Below are positions 1-12,864 of a stretch of 64,000 nt of DNA, piece after piece (position 1 is the first letter of the stretch; each line of letters opens with the position of its first letter). The position numbers and the translations under genes were made by a program. Source of the DNA: Saccostrea cucullata (taxonomy: Eukaryota); assembly GCF_032062105.1 (NCBI RefSeq), contig NW_026918257.1, positions 62,001 through 126,000 of the forward strand. Reading direction: 5' to 3'. Below the pieces are notes generated by a model that had not been told where the DNA came from, did no database searches, and saw only the letters and a list, made by a program, of their open reading frames with translations.

Positions 1-545
1 GGTCACATCCAGCATCCGAAGCAAGTCTGGTAGTGTTTATCCCTAGATGCATCATCCATGCAAGTTTGATCCGGGTAGAGCTTATAGTTACCTGGAAATG
101 GACCTGCTCCAAAAACTTTAACCTGGTAACTCATCTTGGGAATGGACCTGCTCCAAAAACTTTAACCTGGTCACTCAAATGGAAAATGTAGGTCACATCC
201 AGCATCTGAAGCAAGTCTGGTAGTGTCCATCCCCAGATGCATCATCCATGCAAGATTGGTCAGGGTAGGGCTTATAGTTCCTTGGGAATGGACCTGCTCC
301 AAAAAACTCCAAAAACTTTAACCTGGTCACTCATCTAGAAAATGTAGGTCAGATCCAGCATCCGAAGCAAGTCTGGTAGTGTACATCCCTAGATGCATCA
401 TTCATGCATGTTTGGTTCAGGTAGGGCTTATAGTTACTTAGGAATGAACTTGCTCCTAAAACTTTAACCTGGGACGCCGACGCCGACGCCAACGCCGGGG
501 GTATAGCATAAGCTCATCTCGACTTCGTCGAGGTGAGCTAAAAAG
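1..545 (+). mobile_element. 3' part of a non-autonomous Helentron/HINE-like element with internal ~170-bp tandem repeats
   Basis: Three units starting GGTCA(C/G)ATCCAGCATC(C/T)GAAGCAAGTCTGGTAGTG, then a GACGCC microsatellite, a terminal hairpin AGCTCATCTCGAC-TTC-GTCGAGGTGAGCT (511-539) and an A-run. This is the usual bivalve HINE layout. Confidence 0.7.
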
Positions 546-3444
546 TAAAAACTTAATCATTAAACTTGAATCCTCTCTTACTCTCTCTCTTTCTGTGCAT
601 GTATAAATATACATGTACATGCATTATAAACGAGGGGCTCATGGGCCACAATGCTCACCTATGTAACATTGGCCCTGCTGTTCTTCACCCCCCTATAATA
701 CCTATTGTGGACCTGCCCTACCCAAGGGGAGGGAATTAGAATCTACACTATCATCAAGGATACCTGGATAAGACATAAGTTTTAGCTTTTCTGACCCAGC
801 TATCTCAAGAAGATTTTTTTTTTTATAAAGTTTTTTTTATATATACACGTATATATATATTTCAGTGTAAAACTTTGATTTTCCATTATGGCCCCACCAT
901 ATGCCCATGCTGGGCTCGATGATGATTTGAACAATTTAGAACCTACACTACCCCTGGATGCTTACAGTCATAACTCTTAGCTTTTTCGGTTTTTGAGAAG
1001 ATTTTAAAGACTTAATAATATGTAATTCTATTGATATGATTTGATATGATGAAAGTAGGTATGGAAAAGTAGGTGTGGAGGTTTAAAAAGTTTTGAGTTA
1101 ACTGGGCTGTTTTTAGCCAGTAGATTAGGAGAGTCAGTGCCAAAAGACATTTTTTTTCAGATGACTTCAGAAGGAAAATAATTTTGCATTTTGCTGTTAT
1201 TATTTCTGTTCTTTTTTGCTTTGTCTCGTTTTATGACAAAATTAAACATCACATTACGGTATGTCAATATTTCCAAACAAAACAATGGAATATCCCACAC
1301 TATAATCTTCTTTATACTCTGAATCAACTATGATTACAATTTAACTTAACAAGTATTTTGTGACTTTTTTTTTTAATTCTGCATTCATGACATAATAAAT
1401 CATTGCTGTTTCCCATTAAAAACTTCCTTTGTTTGTGGTGATATTAAAATGTCATTGCAAACCTCTTAATCTAATAATATAACATGTATGTTCAAACAAT
1501 GGAATCAAGCGTTACCAAAACTTACATCAAATCTCTTTTTACAGCATGTATACTTTGGCCAAAGTAAATACATAAAATGAAGACCCAGTTTGTTACCCCC
1601 TGCTTTAGACCAGTCACCAATGTTCCAGTTAAATGCTACTTTAGAAAACATCAAACAAAATTGTGGCAAAAATTGGAACATTTAAACAATAACGGGAGAT
1701 ATCGATATCAAATTATAATTTTTTTTGTACTTGAACTTTGGCTATCAAAATGATCAATATTATACAGTGCATGACATAATGACAACAGCTTAAATAATTG
1801 ACTGCTAGCCAATACACCTATATTACAAAATGTAATTAATATTACAGCTAGGGTCATTTATAAAACACTGTGTGAAAAAGAACAGTTGGGTTTAGGATTT
1901 CATGTTTATTCTCTCCAATAAACACACACAGTCACAGTGATTCTGAAAAACTCTACTTCAAATCATGCAATACACAGTGTTTGTATTGAACACAAGGTTC
2001 TTTCTTTTTCCCAGATGTTGGGCCATTTTATACAGTTGGTTAGGAGTTGGCAACCAAACATTTTTTTTTAACAGATGGCCTCATATAATTCCATTAAATT
2101 CTAGCTGAAGTATTAGACAGTTAAAACAATTAAACCATGTCAAAAATCAAGAAGTCCAAGAACAACAATGTTTGTAGACCGATTTTGTCTTATATAAACT
2201 ATATATCAATACCAAGATGTCATCATCATATTCATGTTCAAGATTAATACCAAAATAGTACTGAAGTTTGTCTCATTTCCAGTCTTTAATCAACAGAAAA
2301 ATCAGTGTAAACAGACTAAGGTGGCTATTAAGAGTTTAAATGGTTTTCTATGTAAGATTTGGCATATTAAATGAGCCAGAAATAGAACTGGTATTGATTA
2401 CCATAATTATGTTGAAATCACCATGTTTTGCAGACTTAGACTATGGTACTACAATATATCCAAGCATGTACTAAATAATACACAGGAATCTATTATAAAG
2501 AACTATATGCAGTACATTACATATTTTCCCCCTAGAAAAGTCATATTTTGAAAATTTCTTGAAAAGTGCTAAATTGTATATATATTGTATGAGAAATCTA
2601 AGTAACAAAAAATATTAAAGTTTAAAAGTAGGATATTGTCCTGTTTTTATGATGTCACAAACTATTAGGATTTTGTGTTAATTTTCAGAAAGAGGAAAAA
2701 ATATACAAAATTTGCTCAATTTTTACAATAAAATTTATAGAGTGCAGGTGTGTTCAATAACAATATTTATATAAAATATTGGTATTAACTATCATTCTAC
2801 ACATTATATCAAAGTATTGAGCTTGAGCAGACCTGCAGTCAGTGACTTTTGCTCGAAATATTGACCTAATATACCAAGATATACACAATTTTCTGTAGAA
2901 ATCACAGGAAATTTTAAACTTACATCATTTTCCTGACGTCATATCAAACATATGACGTCATGGCTTATGAAAATATTGTGCTTTCAAGTCTGCAGATATC
3001 CTCCTGGTTTAAAACATAATTATATATTTCTCAGTCAAAGTTTGATTTTGAAGGCACATATTGGCCATAACCGCATTAAGTCCTTCAAATTTTGTTTCAT
3101 GCAGATTTGACAAACATAAACACTTGCAACTGTAAATGCTACCGTTTCATTGCTAGGAAAGAAAATTCTATTTATGTTTCCAATTTTTTTAATTGGTTCT
3201 CTTCTTTTTAAAAATCATGAACTCTAGTTAAATAAGAAGAGGAAAGGGGCATTTACAATATATTACTACCCTCATCACCTTTGAAAAACAGTAACAGTTT
3301 TTAGAAAATTATTTCTCTGCCTCAGACATATGTCTGGCGGAGGATAACATGAATGCACTTTCACTCTTTCACCAAATTTTATGCTAAATCATTCTGTCAG
3401 CATTTGATATGTATGAGCATTTTTCATGCTATACCTTAAGCATT

Positions 3445-3760
3445 TATTATACCCTTGAAGCTTGAAAAGGGGGAGGGTATGGATGTCCATCCGTCTGAAC
3501 GTCTGTCTGTCCGTTCGTTACGATTTGGGGAACCCATCTCTTATCCGCAACTCCTCTTATACTACTGATTGAAATTTAATAAGACTTTCATAGAATGTTT
3601 GTTACATGGTGTCATTGTGATTTCCTATTTTACTTTTTGATCTGAAACATATTTTGGCTTTCCCATAGCCAAACATTGATACCACCAATTTTTTTCTATA
3701 AGATTGAAGGGTACCCATCTCTTATCTGCAACTCTTAACCTATATACCACTGAATAAAGT
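3445..3760 (-). repeat. Dispersed HINE-like repeat, family ending in TCTG/TCCG microsatellite
   Basis: Shares CCATCTCTTATCCGCAACTCCTC and TTTTACTTTTTGATC with 37860-38330 (-) and with reverse copies at 17545-18260 and 31190-32200. Confidence 0.55.
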
Positions 3761-4484
3761 GAATTTGAATTTAACAAATGTTTAATTTATATTTATCTTA
3801 CCGTAATAATGAAGTTTTATACAATCCTTGGATCATTATTGATGATTTCAGTTAGACTGTATTTTTATATCAGGCATAAGTAAGGTTTCAAATATCATAG
3901 TTACCAATAGTAACCAAAGTGATTTTGATCTACCATACCTGTATAAAACATTATCCAAGATTGTGTTTTATTACAATGCTTGGCTATGCATTTTATTGGG
4001 AAAAAGGGTGTTGAGGTGTAATTTTATATCATCTGAAGCTACTAAGGTCACACAGTAAAATAAATCTGTTCAGCCTGGTCCATGACATTGACAGCCTCAT
4101 TTATATTCAGAAAAAAATTACAGATCCTCACTCAGTATTTATAAAAACAGCTGTAAAAATATATACTTTTCCAAAGAAAATTCTAAAACTTACAACTAGA
4201 ATCATTGATATTTTACATATAATATTTACTATTTGATTAGTTTTCTTGTTAGCATTTTACACGCTGCATAGAAACACACGTTTTAAGCCTTTTGTGATAA
4301 AATTACAAATGCAATGGCAACCAAAATATTCCCTTGAACTTCAAGAGAAAGTAACTGACAGCATAAGTGTACAAGTTTTACATACTTACGAAAACCAAAG
4401 AAGTGCACCAAACAAATTCGATTCTTAGGTTGGAATGAAAAAACTAATTTAAATAGCGCACTTTACAGGATGATGATCTGTTAA

Positions 4485-5155
4485 CAGGTCCAGCACAATC
4501 TCTTGATTAAGCTATATAGCTTTAAAAAGCTATATAGCTTTATTAAGCTATTCAAAATAGCTTGATAAAGCTATTTATATGCAGTTTTTAACAAAAAAGT
4601 TGTTTGAAAGAAATAAACAAAAAGTCGCAAGTATTTGACTATTCATATATGTACTATGGACTATCAAAAATACAACCTAAATCATAGAAAGTTCTTACAT
4701 TGCTGCTGTTGAATACTTTAAGCAAAATATGAATTTCCATTGTTTGAGTAACTGTGTGTGCGGTGAGGCGTGGGTAAGTATGATAGCTTCTCATTGTGCT
4801 GAACTGTTACTAATCAATTATCCTGTTGGCCATAACTGGCCTCCTTTATAATTTCATTCAAGAAATAACTGTGTGGTCACTCATCAATAGCCCCAAAACT
4901 TTTAAAATTTTGAGTACAAAGTCTCTCAAGGAGACGCAATTTGGTGAGTGATTTTTACATGCATTGTATTCAGAAGAGAACAAAGTTTAATATTTCCACT
5001 GCACCTAGGTGCGACTTTTTGCACATGTTGAAAAAATAACACATTGGAGGTAAAAGTCTGAGAAAATAGCTTAATCAAGCTATTCTGAATAGCTTAATAA
5101 AGCTGTATAGCTAAATCAAGCTATATAGCTTAATCAGGAGATTGTGCCGGACCTG
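4485..5155. mobile_element. MITE with long terminal inverted repeats and 5-bp TSD (hAT5-like)
   Basis: Left end CAGGTCCAGCACAATCTCTTGATTAAGCTATATAGCTT, right end AAGCTATATAGCTTAATCAGGAGATTGTGCCGGACCTG. Subterminal AGCTA repeats extend the inverted match to ~90 bp. GTTAA flanks both sides. Confidence 0.8.
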
Positions 5156-5684
5156 GTTAAGCCGTTAGCGTTATCAATGACAGTCATCTTGAAGAATGGA
5201 ATGAATATTGTCCTTAGTCTAACGTTACATAAAATACTTATCAAGCATGCTAAGCTTGGAAAGTGGAATTCATAACAACGTTTCAGAACCCAATGAATCA
5301 TTGTCATCAGCTTACCTGCATGTAACCAGACCTTCACCAATACATTTCAACTTTCGCAACACCTCACGTCCTCCATATTAAAACGCACGATTGTCATTGG
5401 TTGGTACTTGTCGAAAGATCAAGGGGAGTAACTCGTATATAAAACAAAATCTTTGCGCCCCCCCCCCCTTTTCCCCACAATTCACCCCAAAGTGTACAAT
5501 TACCATTTGTTAATAGTTATGAGCGTCGTAAACATCGTAAAGAACAATCTGAATACTTCATTCATATTTGCGAAAAATAGATTTCTTCTGTATTTTTTAC
5601 TTGAATATATACCGACTATATTGCTAATTTTCCAAAATTTACTAATTTGGCCATAACTTTTAAATGGTTTTGCTGGGATTTTCA

Positions 5685-6110
5685 TACTTTGCAGATGTTA
5701 TCCTTGTGACAAGACCTTCCAATAGATACCAACAACTTAGACCTTTTGACCTTGAAGATTGACCTACTTTTTAAAATGTTAACCTTGGCAATAACTTTTG
5801 AACGGTAAAGGCTATAGGGCTTTCATACTCCACAAATTGACAACCCTTGTGACAAGACTTTTCATTTGATACCAACAACTTTGACCCTTTGACCCTGAGC
5901 TTGAAGTTTGACCTACTTTCTAAAAACTTGAACTTTGGGTATAACTTTTGAACAGATGGTGCTAGGGTTTTATATTTCATTTTTGTAGAACTTCTTAATT
6001 TAGTGAGAAGGCCTTACTTTGCCAGTTTGGGTATCAATTAACATGTTTGATATTTAACATTCGCTATGTTGCCAGACGGGGGCATCAGTGTTTCACAAAC
6101 ACATCTTGTT
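5685..6110 (-). mobile_element. HINE-like element, 5' part (family starting AACAAGATGTGTTTGTGAAACACTGATGCCCC)
   Basis: Reverse complement of the family head at 6080-6110, plus several ~100-120-bp internal units (TGTGACAAGACCTTTCATTGGATACCAACAACTTTGACC). Confidence 0.7.
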
Positions 6111-6660
6111 TTTTTTTAATATTATAATTCTAACCAGTAGTTCTACGAAAAATGAAACATTTCAGGGTATAAAACATGAAAAATGTTTCAAAAAGCAATA
6201 TTAACATCATAATACTCTAAAGGTCATATACTGATCAGTGAACATGAAAACAGATTTGTCAATAAATCTGGTGGGTCTATTGTTAACTTATTACAACATT
6301 TTCAATATTCCATTGATTTGAAGGTAATGTTAAGAAAGTTAATGCTAGATCAATTCAGTCTTACTATTTTTCAAATAAAGCTGAATATGACAATTTTTTT
6401 TTTTATTTCTGACGGTTCAGTATAAATTATGATTCATATAGTCTCGCATTAATTCATTTGAATAAAAGTTAAAATTCCGGTAAAATTATCGTTACAGAAG
6501 TGAACTCACAGCTCAATAAATGTTGAAATATCCGACAGTACACTGTTAAAATCAAAGCTTGTTTTAGGATATCAAACAAAAGTATGAAGCATTTCGATCC
6601 CAATATAAAAAAAAGAATACCTTTAATGCAATAACCTCTTCTGAATTACAGCTAAAGGAG

Positions 6661-7460
6661 TTTTTTTTATGCCCCCATAATTTCGTCCGCCTGTCTGTAT
6701 ATCTGTCTGTCTGTTTGTCCGCAAAAACTTTAACCTTGCTCATAACTTTTGATTTAGTGGAGATACTACTTTCATTTTTCATAAAGATGTGTATTCCTTG
6801 TGACGAGACCTTTCTTTGAGTACCACTAAATTTGGCTTTTTGACCTTGACCTTTGAGTTTGAAACACTTTTACACAAAAATTCCAAACTTTTTTTTTAAT
6901 TTGGCTGTAACTTTTAAACGATAGATACTAGGACTTTCATACTTTACATAAGGTATTCTTTATGACAAGACCTTTCATTGCATACCAACAACTTTGACCT
7001 TTGACCTTGGAGATTTATACTCGTATATTTAAAAAACTTAGCCTCAGCCATAACTTTTGAACGGTAAGGACTAGGGCTTTTATACTTCATATATGTAATC
7101 CTTGTGAGAAGACCATTCTTTGGATACCAACATCTTTGATCTTTTGATCTTTTAACTTGGAGTTTGACCTACTTTTTATAACAAACCTTGACCATACCTT
7201 TTGAAGGGTAAGGGCTAAGGTTTTCATACTTCGGGTGAAACTCAAAGGTCAAGGTCAAAAATTCAAGTTTGGTACCCACAGAAAGGTCTAGTCACAAGGA
7301 ATACACATGTGAATTATGAAAGTCATATCTCCACAACATCAAAAGTTATGGGCAAGGTTAAAGTTTTTGCGGACAAACAGACAGCTAGACAGACGGACGG
7401 ACCGACAGACACGACAAAAACTATTTACCCCCGATTCTTCGATTACGGGGGCATAAAAAC
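6661..7460. mobile_element. Composite HINE-like element with two 3' ends in inverted orientation
   Basis: 6661-7232 is a minus-strand copy and 7236-7460 a plus-strand copy. Both end in an ACAG microsatellite and GGGGGCATAAAAA. Confidence 0.65.
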
Positions 7461-9239
7461 CATAACGCCACAGTTCTGCAGCTATACTTGCCAATTTCAT
7501 TTGATCGAACTGATGGGTTTATGCAAGTTGTCCGTAAACAAATGTTCAAATCACTCTTCCAGTAACCACGAATTCGAACGGGTTGGAAGAGACACCCTTG
7601 CTCATCAAAGCTATTCAATTAGTTTGTTTGCTAAATAAATAGGAGGAGATATAAAATTAAGGAATTTTTATAATACATAGTGTACCATATCACCGTGCGC
7701 AACGTCATGATGAACAGACCTGGTCATCCATATAACCAGTGGCCCGATCCTGGGGCAAGGAATATGACAATTTTGGAAGAGGTCTCGATGTTCATTTTAA
7801 CATTTTGAATGAAAGATGTCCATTCGTAAAAAAGAAGCCGGTATATCAGTTTTGTTGGATTTGGCCGCCCGATCCCTTAGGCCATATATATATACAGGGG
7901 ACTTAGAACCGAAACTTAATAAAATTTATTCCCATTGTGTTTCAGTTTAAATTATGTTAAATGTCAATTTTCCTTAAAATATTTGTTCCATCTTGATGAC
8001 AGTTCAGAGAGTGATTTCATCCGTAGATCCGTTGGCAGGGTAAATCAATTTCTAGTAGTACTCTTCTATAGGGTGCAAAACACAGTTTTATGTATGACGT
8101 TATCAGGACGTTACTTGGTGCGGGACAAGCAAAACTGACCCCTATAAAAAAATAAAATGGAGGCTTGTTACATAGACTTCTGCATATCAATGGAAAGATA
8201 AAATTGTGAATTTTGTAAATATTCAACTATAATACATTCATCAATTACTACTGGGGGGTATTTGACACCAGAAATATGGGGGATATTGGGTTGTTTATGC
8301 ATCCATTTTCAGTGCACCTATGCATTTTTAACCCCCCTGCTCAACAAAAACAGAAAAAATCAGACAAAATAAGTTGCATGCATTTCACAGAACAAGTCTT
8401 AAGGTTTTCTTTTAGTGTGCTTTCAGGGTACATTTTCCACCTCTTGAAAGAGCTACATTACCTGCTAATTGACTCATGCAATTCTGCACATGTGAAAACT
8501 GGATGTTTTGGGAGTTATCTCCCCCTATTAAAAAGTCTCACAATTTTTTTTTTCTAAAAATGAATGCACATTTTTTTCTTTAAATATTAAGATAAGACTC
8601 TAATTTATGCGAATAAAAACAAAAAAGATGCAGTTTTCATCTAGATTCCTATAAATAGCAGGAAAATCCCTACCCAGCATGCTTCTCTCTGGGGAAAACC
8701 CCCTGGATTTTATACGAACTAATTTCTGCCTGAAAATAGAATTTTTGGGAAATTCCTTCAAAATGCTTCTCCTAAAGTTTTGGTCTAATTTCAATATAAT
8801 GTGGCACCCAAGTAGACTAGCCTACAATATAATTTAGTAAATTGGATCTTGTTTTTGATGAACATTGTTGCCATGGTTACTAAAAATAGAATTTTTTTGT
8901 GAAATTCTTTCAATATGCTTTTTCTCTTAAAGTTTTGATTTTAACAATTATTAATAAATTATCAATCTGCTATTATATTATTATTATGTTTATTCACCAA
9001 TCAAGGGCCCACAGGGGGCATGAACAATTATTACAAAATGATAACATTGATTACAATTCTATATTAAGGATAATGTAACATGACTTGTGATTAAGTTTGA
9101 CATTGAGAAGTGCATCACCACACTGGATCAAAAGCATAAAAACCATAGAATGATAAAAGAAAACACAATTAAATAAAAATGATAGATATAAGGTAAAAAA
9201 AAAATCTTGTAGTAATGGCAGTAAGAAATAACTATTTTT

Positions 9240-9426
9240 TACGGAAGCGTATTATAGGGTCAGGCTCAGCAGTATCTTTTATTAATTTGTTTTAACAAAT
9301 TATCAATTTGTTTTTAAAACACATTATCTAGATAGATAAAACAAATTATTTATTTTTAAAACAAATAACTATTTTGTTATAACAAATTAATAAAAGATAC
9401 TGGTACAGCCCTAATACGCTTCCGTA
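9240..9426. mobile_element. Palindromic MITE with TA flanks (Tc1/mariner-like)
   Basis: TACGGAAGCGTATTA ... TAATACGCTTCCGTA, with an inner inverted match AGTATCTTTTTATTAATTTGTT / AACAAATTAATAAAAGATACT. Confidence 0.75.
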
Positions 9427-9512
9427 CGAAAATGAGTTATTTAGTTCTGTGTACAACTTATCTATAGACCATTACACCGGAAACCAGAAGGTATCAGCGG
9501 TCACTGGTCAGC

Positions 9513-10907
9513 ATGGCTCGATACATACACAAACTTATCAATATTCAAGGCAGTTTAAAGCTTGCATGTGTGTCAAGGCTTAGAAATTTAGAAACTAATA
9601 CCGGAAATGCTTATTTGAAGGAATCTGTGAGAAAATTCTCTTATACGTTCATAAACTTCGAAAAACCGTTTTGCAATGTTGGAACAATAGGTCATGTAGA
9701 TCACGGAAAAACAACTCTTACAGCTGCAATGACAAAAATCTTATCCGAAGAAATAGGAACTACCAAAGCTGTAAAATTCGATGAAATCGACAAAGCACCA
9801 GAGGAGAAGAAAAGAGGTATAACCATAAATGCTGCACATATTGCCTATGAGTCAAACAAAAGACGATATGCCCACACAGACTGCCCAGGCCATATAGACT
9901 TCATAAAGAATATGATCACAGGGACAGCTCAGATGGATGGTGCTATTCTTGTTGTAGCTGCAACAGAAGGAACTATGCCACAAACCCGAGAACATGTATT
10001 ACTAGCCAAACAAATTGGAGTTAAACATTTAGTGGTTTACATCAATAAAGTTGATGCTGCAGATGAAGAAATGGCAGAGCTTTGTGAAATTGAAGTCCGT
10101 ATGCTATTGGATGAATATGGATATAATGGATCTGAAGTTCCTGTGGTATGGGGATCTGCACTTTGTGCATTGAATGGAGTTAATGAAAAGCTTGGGAAAG
10201 AATCTATTTTAAAGTTAGTCAATACACTTGACGAGTATGTACCAATACCGGAACGAAATTTGTCAGCTCCATTTGTTTTTCCCATTGAAACAGCAGTAAA
10301 AATTCCAAGTCGTGGTACAGTTGTTGTTGGAACTTTAAAAGAAGGTATCATTAATAAAGGTGATGCTGCTGAAATCATTGGACAGGGAGTGTCCGTTCTG
10401 ACATCAGTCACTGACATTGAAGTGTTTCACGAATCAGTGTCTAAACTTGTGGCAGGTCAAAATGCAGGGGTTCTTTTGAAAGCTGTAAAACAGACTAACA
10501 TTACTAGGGGTATGTTCTTGGTAAAACCTCATACAGCCAGTCAACATACTTATTTTGCAGCGAAAATTTATGTCCAGACTAAAGAGGAAGGAGGACGTAC
10601 CAAGCCACTCAGAAATGAGTATCAACAACAACTATTTTGTTCATTGTGGTCCATGGGATGTATTGTTTACTTGCCGGAGGATTTACCAATGATCATGCCA
10701 GGGGACACTGCCGACGTCAAAATATTATTACGCCAACCCATGATTTTAAAGGCTGGACAGCAGTTCACTATCCGTGAAAATCAAATATCATCTGTGACTG
10801 GAATTGTGACAGAAATCTTACCTCCTCTTAATGTTGAAATTAAAGGGTTCACATTCCTCAAACCCCAACCCCCTGTAAAAATAGAAGGAAAGAGAAAAAG
10901 GAAATAA
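9513..10907 (+). CDS. TUFM: Mitochondrial elongation factor Tu (EF-Tu2-like), intronless, 464 aa
   Basis: Single ORF with G1 GHVDHGKT, G2 RGITI, G3 DCPG, G4 NKVD, G5 SAL and EF-Tu domains 2/3 ([17 protein letters not shown]). Basic ~45-aa N-terminal extension consistent with a mitochondrial transit peptide. AATAAA at 10991. Confidence 0.95.
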   Translation: MARYIHKLINIQGSLKLACVSRLRNLETNTGNAYLKESVRKFSYTFINFEKPFCNVGTIGHVDHGKTTLTAAMTKILSEEIGTTKAVKFDEIDKAPEEKKRGITINAAHIAYESNKRRYAHTDCPGHIDFIKNMITGTAQMDGAILVVAATEGTMPQTREHVLLAKQIGVKHLVVYINKVDAADEEMAELCEIEVRMLLDEYGYNGSEVPVVWGSALCALNGVNEKLGKESILKLVNTLDEYVPIPERNLSAPFVFPIETAVKIPSRGTVVVGTLKEGIINKGDAAEIIGQGVSVLTSVTDIEVFHESVSKLVAGQNAGVLLKAVKQTNITRGMFLVKPHTASQHTYFAAKIYVQTKEEGGRTKPLRNEYQQQLFCSLWSMGCIVYLPEDLPMIMPGDTADVKILLRQPMILKAGQQFTIRENQISSVTGIVTEILPPLNVEIKGFTFLKPQPPVKIEGKRKRK

Positions 10908-11516
10908 TGAAAATTGAAAAATCTTGTTGTGTCTCAGAATTTTTTTTTTTTTTTTTTGAAAATCTTTTATTTTTATAACATTTATTTTAAAATAAACATC
11001 AAGTTTAACTCAATTAAGTTTACAAACTTTACACAGATATTACTGACTGAGGCAAGTAGATTTGACAAGGATTCATGTCTGATAGGCCTATGGATTTTCT
11101 TTTCTCAGAGATGGGCGCATTTGACGTGTGATCTGAAGGAATCATTTGCGAAACATTTATGGTTTAAATATCCATGATTTGGTTGGCTGAACATATAGCT
11201 GGTCAGATTTTACAAACACGTCCATAGGGGTTTTTTTTTCATTTAGTTTGAAAGACCTTGTGAGATTGTAACATTTATGTCTTTTTTTTCTTAAGGGGTA
11301 CTATAACATAGTAATTTTTCACAAAAATAAACACCTAAAAAAATGTAATGCATAGATTCATGATACGTGTACATGTACACTATAGACTAGAAGATCAGAA
11401 TTCATTTCGATCGAGAACCAAACTGAACCAAAATTAATCTAATTCAAAATTTAAATACATCAGTACATAAAACGAAATTGACAAAATAAATGGTTGTTTG
11501 CATGAAAAAAAATTAA

Positions 11517-11598
11517 CGCCCAATGCCAGGCTCGAACCAAAAACTTTTCGCTTCGAGTGCACTGAACAGGTAACCCAACTTACTGAGCTATCACTGCT
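11517..11598 (-). repeat. Degenerate tRNA-derived (Pol III A/B box) sequence inside a repeat
   Basis: Minus strand has TAGCTCAG (A box) and GGTTCGAGCC (B box) but no coherent cloverleaf. Confidence 0.35.
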
Positions 11599-12864
11599 AC
11601 AAATAAATAGCAGATTTTAAAAAGACAAGCACCACATTCACACATTTGGATTTTTTGTGAAAAACTTCATTTTTCTAGGTCTCTGGGTCTTCTCTCCATT
11701 TTTAAAAAATGTGTATTTGTTTCTTTGAATTAAAATACACACAAATAATTTTTTTAATTCATGGAGAGAAGACCCAGAGATAGAAACTTTTTAGAAAAAT
11801 GTGTTTAAAAATGTACAATTTTGTACCAAATGTTTGATCTGGCCAAATTTCAAGTCATTTTTTAGCAAATCAAAGCTCAATTTCGGGAAAATATTTTCCT
11901 TTTCTGTTGCACAGGAACTCGATAAATAAAAAAAGTGTTAAAATTTCATGTGACGTCGATAAAATTTTCACTTTTCAATTACGCCCAGATTCCTGCCGAA
12001 TGCCAATCAAAAGCGCTCTCGTTCTTTAGAATTTAGTGAATTGCACTAGGTGACTCACTTTTCATTCTCATAAAGATGTGTCCTGGAGAAGGAAGTTATG
12101 ATTAACAAATGCTAGATGGGCAACATTTTAAGAAATTGTAATATCATTATTGATATGGTATTTGTAAATTTGAAAAAAAAAAAAAAAAAAAGTACATGTA
12201 TGAAAATTTGAGGGGAGAGGGGCTAATTTCCAAGAGGGTCTGTAGATTTCATTGACTGGTTGCAGGTCCTACAAACCAGTGGTGTCAAAAGTACGGAATG
12301 AGTCTATTTATGAATATGAAGTTCTCTCAACTTTTTTTGGGGAGGGGAGGGGGGGGTGTCTGAATATTGATCAACAAGTTCTGATAGCTTACAAACGTTT
12401 ACAGCTACAAAAAATTAATTTGCAAATGGGAATGGGAGTCAAATGAAATTTCAATGGGGTATACAAAAATAAATTAAGTGGTTTTTAAGGTAGCTGCAGA
12501 TCTGTAGCTCTCCGAAAAAATAATTTGACCGACCGGAGAATACTGAGTATATTTATTCGGAGAGCTACAGTTTTGCAGCTATTTTGTAAGGGTATTCCGG
12601 GTTTCTAAAATCTTTATCTAGATGGACAATGAGTCAGGTAATACATGTATCCATAAAATTCACTGTTTGAATTTTTCTTTTCCAATATTTTAGCTAATTC
12701 TGATGTAAACTTTAATGATTAATTTTCTTTTAGGTTTCTAATATAACTGTTTCAAGCTTACTTCTTATCAGGAATTTCTTTTTACATTCACACCGTTTAG
12801 TAATACATGTACATGTAAAACATTTATTGCTATAGACAGGTTATCAGTTAAAGTTAAAAAAAAA

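Noticed and set aside
10037-10631. Antisense ORFs within the EF-Tu gene
   Set aside because: Shadow ORFs of a coding strand with no recognisable domain. The same applies to 26361-27007 and 59496-60121.
11517-11598. Functional tRNA gene
   Set aside because: A and B boxes are present, but the acceptor and anticodon stems do not pair.
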